The notes beneath the pieces are model-generated. The model saw only the letters and a program-made list of their open reading frames with translations. It was not told the DNA's origin and did no database searches. Position numbers and translations under genes: made by a program. From assembly GCF_002571385.2 (NCBI RefSeq), contig NW_019217984.1:306804-370803 (forward strand): a stretch of 64,000 nucleotides of DNA, read 5' to 3'. Positions 1 through 12,472 of the stretch are shown in pieces. The DNA comes from Stylophora pistillata. Taxonomy: Eukaryota. Numbering within the stretch: position 1 is the stretch's first letter; each line of letters begins with the position of its first letter.

Positions 1-768
1 ACATCATGTCGAACGTTGAGACCATCAAGGAAAAGGCAAACTTCTTTCGAGTAGAGATAAGAAAACTTGATAAAACATCTAGGGATGTGGAAATGATTAT
101 CGAAATCGCTAAACATAAAGTGTCAGAGGCAGCTGAACATGTGATCACAAAGACGCGACAGCAACAAAAACAACTGTTTGAGTTCTTGTTGCAGATCTAC
201 TAAATAATAAAATACAACACATAAATATCCATACAGGTTCTGTTTCGGAAACGTTTGGAGAAACAGGTGAAGGAAAAGGTCACTTTTTGAATCCATGTGG
301 TATTTGTCTTGACGACGCAGAGCGTATTGTTGTCACTGAATACTCAAATGAAAGAGTTCAAGTTATGTCGAAAGAGGGTGAAGCTATATGCACAATAGGA
401 GACAATTGACCAGAAAAACTCTGCTCACCATACAGCTGTATTCCTTACAAAAACATTTTCCTAATTACTGAAAGAAGCAGTTGCCTTGTAAAAGCATTTG
501 ATTCGTAAGGAAGGTTCTTGTGCAAGTTTGGAAAACAAGGGAATCAGGATGGACAGTTTAACGAACCTCGTGGCATGTGTTTGGACGACTCCAATAATCT
601 TCTCGTGTGTGATTTTGGCAATAACAGAGTTCAGCAATTCTCTTTGGACGGTCGCTTTTCAGCAAAACTGTCGTTCCTTTACAAGGTCCAAATCGACTTA
701 TATCAGCGCCAGATGGGCGTATACTAGTCGTTTCCAGGACAACTCAGAAAATGTACATACTGAAGTAA
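1..768 (+). pseudogene. TRIM-NHL (TRIM2/3/71-like) pseudogene fragment: coiled-coil joined by deletion to NHL repeats
   Basis: 6-180 is paralogous to 2829-3000, then jumps to NHL sequence paralogous to 5300-5850 (FGKQGNQDGQFNEPRGMCLDDSNNLLVCDFGNNRVQQFS). Stops and frameshifts present. The 5' part lies outside the window. Confidence 0.8.
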
Positions 769-963
769 ATGTATTGTTATTCCACTAATCATTTAAATGC
801 TGTATCCCTGCGGAAACTAAAATTGAATATATACTTTTTATACACAAAGTTGGTCAAAGTGGCAAAAATGCTCATCGGTGTAAATGCTTCCTTGGGCCTC
901 AAAAACAGAAGTCGGGGGGGGGTGGTTAGCACGCCACTGACTGATGTGTCACGCACAATCAAG

Positions 964-1101
964 TATATGTTGTAGTTCAATTTTATCCTTGGGTTCAAAT
1001 TTTATTTTCCTTTGTTTCAAACTCATTATCATGCATTAACATGACCGAGAACAAAGGAAAATAAAATTTGAAGCAAGGATAAAATTGAACTACAACATAT
1101 A
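964..1101. mobile_element. Palindromic MITE-like element
   Basis: tatatgttgtagttcaattttatccttg... is inverted relative to ...caaggataaaattgaactacaacatata, with TA-rich ends. Confidence 0.6.
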
Positions 1102-2394
1102 TACTATGAAAACTATCGTTAGAAAAGAGATCTTGAATGAGTCTAAGATAAGTTTAGCATTTTATCAATTAGTCTGCCTCTCGACTTGTTCTGGTCGAAT
1201 AAGAAGACCACATTTTTAAGAGGGCAGTACCTTTATTGAGGCAGAGAATTGTAACATGTTCCAATGTACTATGGAGAAAAATTTAGTGAAATGAATTTGA
1301 GAAAACAAAAAAACAGGCACAATCAATGGGAAGCTAATAATATGTGCCATGTAAACGTGCTTTTAAGTTAGTTTGGAGAAATAAATATATCGATAAATTA
1401 TAGGGTATAATTTTAAACGTGATTTTAAACACTGATTTTAAAGAATTGTTTGTTGACAAAAACACTTAGTATTGCAAAGTTGCGTTGCTTGTATGTAGGC
1501 TTCTTAAAGGTTGTAACATTTGTTCGACACGAGCGTTGAACAATCTCAAAGATTGAATCTGAGAGAAAGTTGATGAGAAAAACAAAATCAAAGTGAACAA
1601 TTCAATTTAAGGAGCTACGAAGGGCGACAATTTCGTTAAATGAACCTATCAATTGTGTTTTGCGCTCGTCATAAGGCCCCGAGGTTTTTCCTTCTATTTC
1701 AGGCGATGTATTCTTTCCTCTTTCACTAACAATAAAATTTAAAGAACGGATTTTGTACATGTAAATCTTTTATGCAAATATAAATTCACTTCAATAACGC
1801 AGTAGATAACAGTCTAACGTTACAACGAGGTCAACTGAGCCAAGAAAAGTGACAGGACGAAAATAGATGAGTCCACACTGACTTTGTTTTGTTTTCTAGC
1901 AATCTGAAACAAAGTTTCTTTGAATTTGTTTTTGTAAGTACTGTCTATCCTCATGTAATTCCACAGGCTACACTGATTTTCACTTATGGAACACTGATGG
2001 AAATTTTACGACTATAAGGGAAAATCCAACCGAATCTGCTGTCTTGTTGTGAATCGATTCTGTTTTATAACCGTCCGTGTAAGGGTAGACCATAAAAGAC
2101 TGTTCCATATTTATCTTCATCTGACCCGTTGTTGAATAACTTTCATTTTAGAGAAGCGTGACAGAAAGGCTTCAGCGCAACCGACTCGTCTATTTATCAG
2201 AAAGGAAAAAATTACTTTCAAATTGACATAAGGTCACAAAATGGGTCATCTAACTGCTTTAATGTGATTGGCCTCAAAAACTCAACTGTCACGAACTTTG
2301 TTCTGTTTTCTAGGAATCAAAAATTACATTTTAGATTTCACAAGTGTCTGTTTGTATCCGTCGCATGAATAGTCTGTACTTCAAGACCAACGTA

Positions 2395-5300
2395 ATGGAC
2401 CCCCTCCTGGAAAACCTCAAGAAAAAAGTAACGTGCTCAATTTGTCTCGATACCAACACAGAACCGAAAATAATATCGCGCTTCCACACTTTTTGCTGTA
2501 AGTTTTTGGAGGAACATGCAAGAAAAAGCCACAGACAAGGGAAATTTCGATGCCCCGAGTGTCAGGTGGAAATAGATTTACCAAAAGACAATCGTTTTGA
2601 CCGTTTCCACAACAGCTTTAACCATAACGGTTTCCTTGGTCTCCTTAAAACGGAAGATAGCGAAGCCTTGCTGAAACCTCCATTTTGCTCGCAACACAAG
2701 AGCAAAAGAATAAGTTATTTCTGCTCTTCCTGTAAAGCATGTATTTGTTCTGTTTCCTTCGCTGAAGACCATCGCGGACATGATTCGAAGTTATTGAAAA
2801 TGCCACGGAAGAGGATAAGAAACACATCATGTCAAACGTCGAGATCATCAAGGAAAAGGCGAACTTGTTTCGAGCAGAGATTAGAAAACTGGACAAAACA
2901 TCTGAAGATGTGGAAATGATTATCGCAATCGCTAAGAGGTGTCAGAGGCAGCCGAACTAGTGATCACAAAGACGAGACGGCGAGAAAAACAGTTGTTAGA
3001 GTCCCTAAAAACGACGCTTAGGAAGAAAATCGTGCTAATTAACTCGGCTAAACGAGAATTGGAATCTCTGGTGCAACAAATAAACCAAGCCGCTGAGTTT
3101 GCGGAGAATCTGGTGCAGAGAAGCTCAGGCTTCGATATTATACAGACCAAGACAACTTTGAGGGACAAGTTTGAAGACCTTCGTGGAGTTGAAGTTCCGA
3201 AATATCACCAGACAAATTTATCGCGGTATCGCAACAAGACTTCAAACTGGGTTTCATTCAACTCACCGAGAAACCGGCAAACACAGCTAAATCAACTCTG
3301 GAAAGACTGGATCAAGCTGTTCAGGCTAGCGTAGAAGCAGAGTTTGCGTTATGTCCAAAAACTTCTAGAGGAGAGATTAGTGACCACCTGATCGTAAAGA
3401 TCAAGTTGAACTCCTGATAAAACCCACCAAAGATGTAACAAATGTAACCGTACAAGAAAAAGAAGACGGCAATCTCAGGCTAAAGTTTCAATCAATCAAT
3501 AAACTTTATTTAAGGAGGGACGCTCATTAACCCAAGGAGTTATCTAACATGAGGCCCTCACTCTACTGAAACATTGACATAAAATATGAAAAAAATACAT
3601 AATGACAAAGTATAAATAATAAATGAACATGTCTATACATAAGAGTGAAAGTAGAAAAAAACTTACAGCGTATCATGGAGAATTGTTGATTAAGATTAAC
3701 TATTGGAAAAACTTAAAAGAAAAGACCATGATGTACAACTGCAACGAAGTTTGTAGCGGCAATTGGGACAAAGCAACGTTTCCAGGTGAGAAGCACGAGA
3801 GGTAAAGGTTAGAAAAAGAGAGAGAACTTTACCTTTGAAGGCAGACAGATTAGTCGAAAAAGAGGTACAGGGGTTTGGGAAGGGTAAAGTTCTTTAAGGT
3901 CGGAGTCAAGACAATTGAAGAGTGAGGCTACACTGAAAGCGTAAGTGCGTTTACCGCAATTTGAGCGGGGATAAGGAAGTTGAAGGTCAAGGTTACAAGC
4001 TCTAGTAATAGCACCAGTTATTCGTCTAGAAGACAAGAAATGGAAAGATTGTTTGAGATAGCTTGGTGCTTCAGGATTGTTAAGAATATTAAAGAGGAGG
4101 ACAACCTTTCTAAGGTTAACTAAGAGAAAAATGGGGAGCCATTTGAGTTTGGCAAAGAGACTGACTGAGGACTGATGCCAGTCGGCGTCAAGGATAAGGC
4201 GAGCTGACTGTTTTTGAGGACGAAGTAGACGGAGAAGAAGAGTTTTAGAGCAAGTACCCCAAACAGTGGAACAGTACAACAAAGAAGAGTGGATACAAGA
4301 GTTATAGTAATTCAAAGAGCAGTTATGAGTAAGAAATGGTTTGATACCTTTCAGAAGCGAAAGTCTGCTCCTAATGAGAGAGCACATATTGCTGATGTAG
4401 CTTTCCCAGGAAAGAGAGGAATCAATTGTTATGCCAATCAATTTAGCATGCGGGACTAGCTCATTAACGTTACCTTTAACAACAATATCAAAAAGAGGTT
4501 CAGATAGATGAGCATATTTCTGAGATTTAGTCAAGAGAAGAGCCTTAGTTTTGATAAAATTAAGTGCCATCCTATTAAGACAGCCCAAGCAAAACTTTGA
4601 GTAGTAACGGAGGTAAGACAGTTATTTAAGCAAGGGAAAGAAGAACCTTTCACTAGAGCAGAGGTATCATCAGCAAACATGGTAAGATCAACATCCGAAG
4701 ACACATAGAGAGGTAGATCATTTATGAAGAGCAAAAAGAACAAAGGACCCAAGATGCTACCTTACGGGACACCAAGAGATATAGGACAAGACTCAGATAG
4801 GACTCCCTTGAAGGTTGTACGTTGTGAGCGATTTGACAAGTACGAGGTGAACCACTCAACAAGAGGATGGAGAACAACCACAGGAGTTGAATTTAAAAAG
4901 AAGCACAGAATAATCAACTAGATTGAAGGCCTTTTTTAGGTCAACAAGTAAGTTTACACCTACAGTGCCTGGCGCTTATAGTGTTCTACTGAAGATTAAT
5001 GGCAAAAAGCTTCCGACCTGCCCGTTCACTTTGCCAGTGAAAAACCGTAAACTTGTCGTAGTCGGCGAGTTGGACTTGAACTTCAACCAAGGGCAAGAGT
5101 TAAAAAGGACCCGATGGAATAGCTGTCAACAAGCAAGGACACATTGTTGTCAAAGATATTTGCGGACACTGTGTTTATGTCTTCAATAAAGAAGGACACT
5201 GTTTAAGACGAATTGGAGAAGAAGGAAGAGCTCCTGGACAATTCAAAGATCCCGCTGGCGTGTTGTTTTTAAACGACAACGAAATTCTTATTGCGGATCA

Positions 5301-5850
5301 ATTAAATAATAGAATACAACACATAAATATCCCGACGGGTTCTGTTTTGAGAACCTTTGGTTCTGTTTTGAGTTCACTTGGTATTTGTCTTGACGATACA
5401 AAACGCATTGTTGTGACTGAATTCCACAACAATAGAGTTCAAGTCATGTCAAAAGAGGGCAAAACTATTTTCACAATAGGAGACAGTGGACCAGAGAAAC
5501 TCAGCAGACCATACAGCTGTGTTCCTCACAAAAACATTTTCCTGGTATCTGAAAGAGACAGTCACTGCATAAAAGCATTTGATTCGTCAGGAACGTTCTT
5601 GTACAAGTTTGGAGAAAAAGGGAAACAAGACGGACAGATCAACACATCCTGTGGCATGTGTTTAGACGGCTCCAGTAATCTTCTTGTTTGTGACTTTGAC
5701 AATAACAGAGTTCGGCAATTTTCTTTAGACGGTCGCTTTACAGGCAAAACTATCGTTCCTTTGGAAGGTCCAATTCGAATTGCAACAGCACCAGATGGGC
5801 GTATACTGGTCGTTTCCATAACAACCAGGAAAATATACATACTAAAGTAA
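2395..5850 (+). pseudogene. TRIM-NHL E3 ligase pseudogene (RING, B-box, coiled-coil, filamin, NHL) interrupted by a LINE
   Basis: MDPLLENLKKKVTCSICLD..HTFC..CPEC (degenerate RING), CSQH..FCSSC..IC..H (B-box), KFTPTVPGAYSVLLKING (filamin), NHL repeats at 5260-5850. Several frameshifts and stops; intronless. Confidence 0.85.
3489..4949 (-). mobile_element. 5'-truncated LINE (CR1/L2-type RT) inserted in the TRIM filamin domain
   Basis: RT motifs GPLFFLLFINDLP..MFADDT and LNFIKTK..LIGITIDSSLSW; (ATTG)n tail at 3489-3500; TSD AAGTTT at 3483-3488 and 4950-4955. Confidence 0.9.
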
Positions 5851-6281
5851 ATGCGTTGTTCTTCTACCAATCATTCAATTCAGAAACTAAATTGAATCAT
5901 TTTTTTTAAAGCAATTTCAAGTTTGACTCTCAAGTTTTCAGTCACTCCATACAAAAGACAGGGAAGGGTAACCATAATTGATGATAACCTGTGAGAGTTC
6001 TCAACTAAAAATTATTCATTCAAAATCCCTTACCCTGACAAGAAATTTACACTAATAAAAAAATTACCCTCTACATGTAAATTCAAATTTCCTTGGAAAT
6101 AGGTAAAAATTTCAGTTCTTGCATTTCCTAATTCTGTTCATTTCTGATCATCTTTTTTCACCTTTCTTGTTAAGATGACCACAATGGGCAAAACTACTGC
6201 TGGCATTTGTAAAGAGAAGGAGGTTGTGCCCTCCAGATATATGCACCTAATGTACTGTGAATCTGACCCCTTTGAATTTCA

Positions 6282-6474
6282 CCCTTTAACTTCCAGAAGC
6301 GATTAAAATGTAACTTCTCCTCATAATATTCATACATTACCCAGAATACTCAATCTTATCAGGAAGAAGTTGTTATCCTGATCTAACACCAAATTCTCAT
6401 AACCAATTTACAAGGAAATGTGTAGCAGCTAGAGGGGAGAATTAACTATCAGATCTTGGGAATTGAAGGGTTAA
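6282..6474. mobile_element. piggyBac-type MITE; further copies at ~9908-10070, 14249-14460, 16910-17111, 17797-18236, 21240-21370, 23290-23370
   Basis: Termini CCCTTTAACT(T/C)CCA...TGGGAxTT(G/A)AAGGG followed by TTAA; shared internal sequence among copies. Confidence 0.75.
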
Positions 6475-6719
6475 GGGGTTAAAGTAGCAGTTCTTGAAGC
6501 AGAAATTCTCCTGAGAAAATTCCATGTGTCAAGTACACATCCGCTGAGATTTAAGATTCTATCAGCTGCTAGACATGTATTCTTAAATGATAAAAGATCA
6601 AATTTCTAGCTTAAGAGTTAGTTTTAGTGGCACTATATCAAGCTGTTAACAGTTTCGTATGCATCATTGTCCAAGTTTCTTTTTTCGTGTCTTGCAACAA
6701 AAGGACGTGACTAATTTCC

Positions 6720-8040
6720 AACGATAGACCGCCGTCGAGATGTTGTAGTAGTCCTTCTTGATCTATCGGCGGCTTTTGGCACCATTCAGCATGTGATCCT
6801 GGTGGAAAGACTCGAATCCTACTTTGGTTCTCACAATTGACGCTGAAATGGTTTAGATCATACCTTGAAAACCGTCGTCAATCAATAATTATTAGAGATC
6901 AAGTGTCCACTCCTCGTGTTCTTCGTTATGGTGTCCCACAAGGCTCCATACTTGGACCCCTACTTCTCACCCTGTATATTGCCCTCTGCAAGATGTCATT
7001 GCTCGCCACAATCTCGACTCTTTGTTTTATGCCGATGACACTAATTAATATATTACTATCGATCCCGCAAATCAGGCCCCGTCTATGACTGCCCTCCAAA
7101 CCTGCATTGAGGACGTGATGCGATGGAATACCCAAAATATGCTAAGAAGTAATGCTGAAAAGGCTGAAGTTATTTTATTCACCTCCCGATTTACCAAGAC
7201 ACCTAACATTGAGAAGCTCTTTTTTCACAGTACCGTCATTGAACTACCTGAGAAAGTACGTGATCTTGGTGTTATTTTAGATAAAAATCTAACACTGACA
7301 TACCATATTAATGAGACATGCAGGAAAGCAACTAATGCCATCAGATCCATAGCATTCGTAAATAACTCACAAATGAAAACCTTAAACTATTAGTCAATGC
7401 TCTCGTAATATCACGACTGGACTACTGTAACAGTATCCTCTATGGTTTACCGAAACGGGAACTCGACAAACTCCAGAGAGTTCAAAACATTGCAGCACGT
7501 CTTATTACCGGATCTAAACAATATGATCACATCAAACCTGCTCTTCAAAAACTACACAGGCTGCCAGTTGAATGAAGTATAATAATTATTTAAAGTTATT
7601 CTTATTACTTTTAAGATTCTTTATGGACTTTCTCCGGTCTATTTGTCGTCCCTGTTACAAGAATATCATCCACCACGTACTCTACGTTCATCTTCCAAAT
7701 CACTTCTTACTGCAGCCACTATAAACTCTGTGACATACGGTGAACGTGCGTTCTCCTTCTGTGCACCTACATTATGGAATACTCTTCCTGATTCTCTTGA
7801 ATCTGCAGCTTCTCTTTCGTCTTTTAAATCTGCCCTTATTCCTACATTCCTATTCCGGAAATTTTATTTTTAGTATTGTGAAACACTACATAGGTTTTTA
7901 TCCCATTTAACTTTACTTTTGATAGTGTAGGTACTACTGACTGTTAGTATCATTGTTATATTTTATTTTTATTATGCTATGAAAGCGCATTGAGATTCTT
8001 AAATGCGCTCATAAAAACCTTACTATTATTATTATTATTT
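6720..8040 (+). mobile_element. Decayed LINE RT fragment with (TTA)n tail
   Basis: LLDLSAAF, YGVPQGSILGPLL, FYADDT, VRDLGVILD, SRLDYCNS, YGERAFSFCAPTLWN; frameshifted. Confidence 0.85.
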
Positions 8041-8062
8041 CCAGTCATCTTGACAAAACAAG

Positions 8063-8077
8063 TGAATAAAGGCTGAA

Positions 8078-8112
<35 letters not shown>

Positions 8113-8280
8113 GGTAACAAGATAATTGGTTATAACAACTAAGTTGAAATTGTAAATTGGCCACCGTAACGAATAAAAAAGCTGACGTTTCGAAGGGCTA
8201 ACGCTCGAAACGTCAGCTTTTTTTTCGTTACGGTGGCCCATTTACAATTTCAACTTAGTTGATATAACCAATTATCTTGA
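8063..8280. mobile_element. Penelope-like pLTR remnant forming a long hairpin
   Basis: Near-perfect inverted repeat ~8119-8279 centred on cgaagggctaacgctcgaaacg; flanked by direct repeat tcttgacaaaacaag. Confidence 0.55.
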
Positions 8281-8371
8281 CAAAACAAGCTTAGTCAATA
8301 TCAGATTTATCACATGGCAATAAAATGGATAAGAATCAAGAAGGAATCATTTACTTTTTCAAGAGCCAAAC

Positions 8372-8782
8372 CAGATGGCCATCGTAAGGGTTAATTTAGA
8401 AGCTGGTAGACATTCCCTCCAGTACAGAGGACCTCATATCTGGAACTTTTTAAATAATAAAGTTAAGCTTTCTGGAGTCAGTTTTAATTTTTTTAAGGAT
8501 ATTTTGAGAAAATCTTCCTTCCATAACCATAATTTTTCCTTCGATAAGGAAGCTATTGTAATAAGGAATAAGAACTGTAGATACTTCTTAGGCTAAATAG
8601 GGTATTTTAACAATTAACTTAAAAATTTTAAGATAGTTTTCTCTTTTAGATTGGTTTTTAGAAGTCTTTAGCAGTGTGAGTATTAATATCATTTCACTAC
8701 TTTAGTAATTTGTAGGTCCACATCAGCCTTCCTGGCTGCCTATTTTTAACCTGCATTACCAAATAAAATGATGATGATGATG
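8372..8782 (+). mobile_element. LINE 3' end fragment with (TGA)n tail
   Basis: GRHSLQYRGPHIWN C-terminal LINE motif, AATAAA, then atgatgatgatga. Confidence 0.65.
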
Positions 8783-9175
8783 AAATGTGATTGTGTATGC
8801 TTTTTTTTTCACTCAAAATTGAAAAATAATGTGATCTGAAAGGTTTACATTGATGAGTAAATTTCTCTGTGAAATAAATATCAGAAAGCTGTCAACTTAA
8901 TAAATTTTTTAAGTCCTCTCCACACAAAATGTTTCCCTGTGCAAGATCAGAGCAGGCAATCTGCAATGGCAAGATGGGCCCATCTTGCCCACTTAGGTAG
9001 CCAATAAAACACAGGATTCGTTTTCACTTGCCCAAGGGCACTGCCAGCTATATAATACAATCTAATATCACAATATCTACTTTGTTTAACTGTGATTTAA
9101 AAAAAAAACAATTGTTACGATTTTTCAATAAATGGTAACTTATTCCCTAAAGCTAAAGGGGAGAATTTGTGATCA

Positions 9176-9416
9176 GGGCTCAGTTTTTCGAAGGCTGATT
9201 ACTGTTGACCCAGGGTTAAATTTTAATCCAGGTTTCTATATTTTGCTGTTCAAGAGCCGTTTTGGAATAATTTTCCCTCTTATTTTTAGAGCACTCAATC
9301 ATCAAATTTTAAACAAAAAGCAGTAAACTCAATTTGTTCCACAAGCTTTCAGATCTGAAATCAAATTTCACATTAACCCTGGGTTATCTTAAGCCAGCTT
9401 TGAACAACTCGGCCCA
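9176..9416. mobile_element. MITE with GGGC..GCCC terminal inverted repeats
   Basis: gggctcagttttt...cccagggttaa is inverted relative to ttaaccctggg...aactcggccc. Confidence 0.5.
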
Positions 9417-9609
9417 GATCTTGAGTGTTAAAGGGTTCAATACTGATTAGTTGTGGACTCACTCAGCCGCACCTTGTGAGTCCACAACATTTTGACCACT
9501 GCGATGACAAATATAGTTGTTAAGAAGAGTACAGACCACACTAAACCACTGTCAATTTGTCAAATTATTTATTATTTGTAAAACATTCAATGACAGATTC
9601 AATCTCTAC

Positions 9610-12321
9610 CTTTGAATTTCTTTCTGACTTTCTTCTCACTAAGCATACTTCAACCAGTTACTTATCACTGATCTGTTTTTATGAAGGTTGTCTTCAAATG
9701 CCTGGCAAAATAAAATAGAATTATTGTCATAAATTCATTAAATTTATAATTATTACTAATAATAGTTTGATTTAAGATCAATATTAATCCAACTCCTAAT
9801 AAATCAAATATATATCAAAACTTTCTTTTTCAAAGTTAGTACTCTTGTAATTCATCAGGATACCTGATCTTCTGTTTGGGAGGCTGAAATGGAATGTCAA
9901 TTGGTAAACCTTTAACTCCCCAAAGTGATTAACATGAAACTTCTCCCTGTAATATCCATACGTTATCCAGCAAACAGATAATGAGAAGATTCAAACTTTT
10001 CTTTAACTGATTTACTGGGAAATGTGTAGCAGATACAGGGGAAAATTAACAGTAAGATCTTGGGAACTTTAAGAGTCATCTTAAATCAGCAAACAAATTG
10101 GTATGTAGAATTAATAATATATAAATCTCTTGTTTTTATTGTGGACAACCTAAATCATTTTGGTATAATGGGATGGGATGTAATTGAACTGATTTCAAGT
10201 TTGGTATTACTGCATTGTTTTTCTTTTCAATCTTTAATTCTAAAAAGAGGGAACCTTGCGAAAAGAAGAATTTACAAAGTCTACTCTTTAAAAGGTGGAA
10301 TATATCTTTCAAAAGTGGAAGCTGTACTGGCAAGTTAAAGCAGACCAATAAAAATTCATTGCTTATTTGGGAACAAGTATCTGAAATTCCACAGCTTGGG
10401 AGTCAAGAGTTAAATCAATTCTCGTAACAATTAATTTTGGTTGAAGTTGAAAATAAAGCCCAGTATCATAAGGAGTTTGCAAGAAAAATTGGTTACGAAA
10501 ATAATGTTCTGGAATATTTTCTCTCACTTTGACAATCTAAATATCTTTCTGTTTGGAATACAACAATTTATCCAAAAAGTTTGCAATTAACACTTAATAA
10601 TGGAATTATAAAGACAGCTGCAGTATGTACTATTTAACTTACTGGTGGAACCAATTGACTGCTTCTCCTTTGCTTCTCTCAAGAGTTGTTCAGCTGTGAT
10701 CTGAACTGGAACTGGGGCCTTTTTCTTCACCTGAAAATATCAACAAATGTCATCAGTAAATAACACCAACTTACAGCACCTTATCTGGAGACATTAAACA
10801 AAACTTTGCACACCAATGGTGGAAAATTTGAAAGCCAGTAATATTTGAAGCAGGCAAACTTGTTGATGTTTTGCATTGGTTGTAGAAATTTAAAAATCAT
10901 ATCAGGCAAAAATAGGCAAGATTTAACTTTTTGAGCCTGGGATAAATGTTTGCGACAACATCTTTTTATATAATTTATTTGAAGTTGATAATGTGGCAAG
11001 TGGTTGCCAAATCTCCAAGCCAGTGACTCATGTTAAAAACACTCAACTCCAGGTCAAATTGGAATTTGGAATGTTGGTTTTTGCAGGGTAAAGAACACCA
11101 GAGGACCCAGAGAAAACCCCTCAGAGCAAGGATGAGAACCAACAACAAACTCTACCCACATGTGACGCCAAGTCCGGGAATCAAATTCGGGCCACAGTAG
11201 TGGGAGGTGAGCACTCTCACCACCGCACCATCCCTACATATGCTATACACTTCATACACCAATGGTAAAAAATTTGGAAGACAGCAATGTATGGAGCAGG
11301 CTAACTTGGTGCTTAGCATTGGTTGTAGCAATCCAAGAATCATATCAGACAAAAGCAAGATAAAGTCAACAGCTTGAGCTTGGGATAAACATTTGCTAAA
11401 ATATCCACTGAAATTCCCTGAGGCAGACACACTCTGCAACTTCTGGAAAATTTCAAAACCTGATAAGCTCATTGCTGCAGTGAGTGGTGTTGACTAAGAA
11501 TTTCCTGATGGGTGACATGCTTCAATCACATTCCAACAGAACTTATAAATTCAGTGAATGTGAACCCAACATGCATGATACATATACCCAGAACTCAATC
11601 TACTTGACTACTGTAACAACCTTGTTACTTCATGCTTGCTTTCTTGATATAGCAAGCGTGTAAATAAAAATTTACGATGAAATATATGGCAAATAGGGGT
11701 CATCCTCGGTGTAAAAACCTGATGGAGTTTTCGTTGTTTCATGAGGTATTGTTTTGCTGTATGCTATTGTTTATAATGTTTTGTTGTCTTTGTTTTACGT
11801 CACTCGTGAGCTTCACAGGTTTTTACACTGAGGATGAGCAGCAAATAGAGAAGAGAGTTACATTACAATCCAGATCTTGCAAATAAAGAGTCTGTTGAAA
11901 GCCAATTAAGGCTAGAAAACTTAAGTACACTCGCAAACTTTCCTCTCTCCCAGAACCTTATTTTCATCATCACTGACATTACAAGACGTCCCAGTCACTT
12001 GAACGAATAGTTAAAGACTTCTGAAGTAAAGTCGCGGATCACGAAGTTAAATTACACTCAAAGTCGAATATCAAAACTTTGTTAGCTAGGGAGGAAAGAT
12101 CAGCTCTTCTCAATGAACGAATCAACGACGAACTACAAAAGAAATGGCTTGGATCTGGAAAGATTACGCTATAGAAGCTTATCGAATCCATGATCCTCGT
12201 TTGCATGTTTTCCTGTCACTAGCTATTCAAACTAAACTTTTCTCGTTAAAATCATGGGATATACAAACCTTTGCAGCCCTTGGAACCCTATTCTTGGTTA
12301 CACCTGCTCTGATGATGCCAT
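9610..12321 (-). pseudogene. CRNKL1: Crooked-neck-like splicing factor pseudogene, exons 1-4 only (12269-12321, 10643-10730, 9821-9883, 9610-9701)
   Basis: Translations: KNRVPRAAK / VKKKAPVPVQITAEQLLREAKEKQ / PPKQKIRYPDELQEY*L*KRK / AFEDNLHKNRSVISNWLKYA**EESQKEIQR, matching the CRNKL1/Clf1 N-terminus. Four stops, two frameshifts, exon 3 donor lost; no later exons recognised. Confidence 0.88.
11030..11235 (-). mobile_element. tRNA-derived SINE
   Basis: Reverse strand begins gggatggtgcggtggtgagagtgctcacctcccac...ttgattcccgg (degenerate A/B boxes). Confidence 0.6.
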
Positions 12322-12472
12322 GATCCTTATTATACTTGAAATCGAGCACAAAAATCCACAAAATGTATGCCTTTTACTTTAGACGTGTTTCAAACTACAA
12401 GTCGTCCGACATATTGAAAATATTTTAGTACCCAGTACCCTAAACGCTATAGTGTCTTGGAGGATTTCGAAG
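12322..12472. promoter_or_regulatory. Putative bidirectional promoter between the CRNKL1 and MOCS1 ATGs
   Basis: Divergent ATGs 151 bp apart; YY1-like AAGATGGCGGC overlaps the MOCS1 ATG. Confidence 0.55.
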
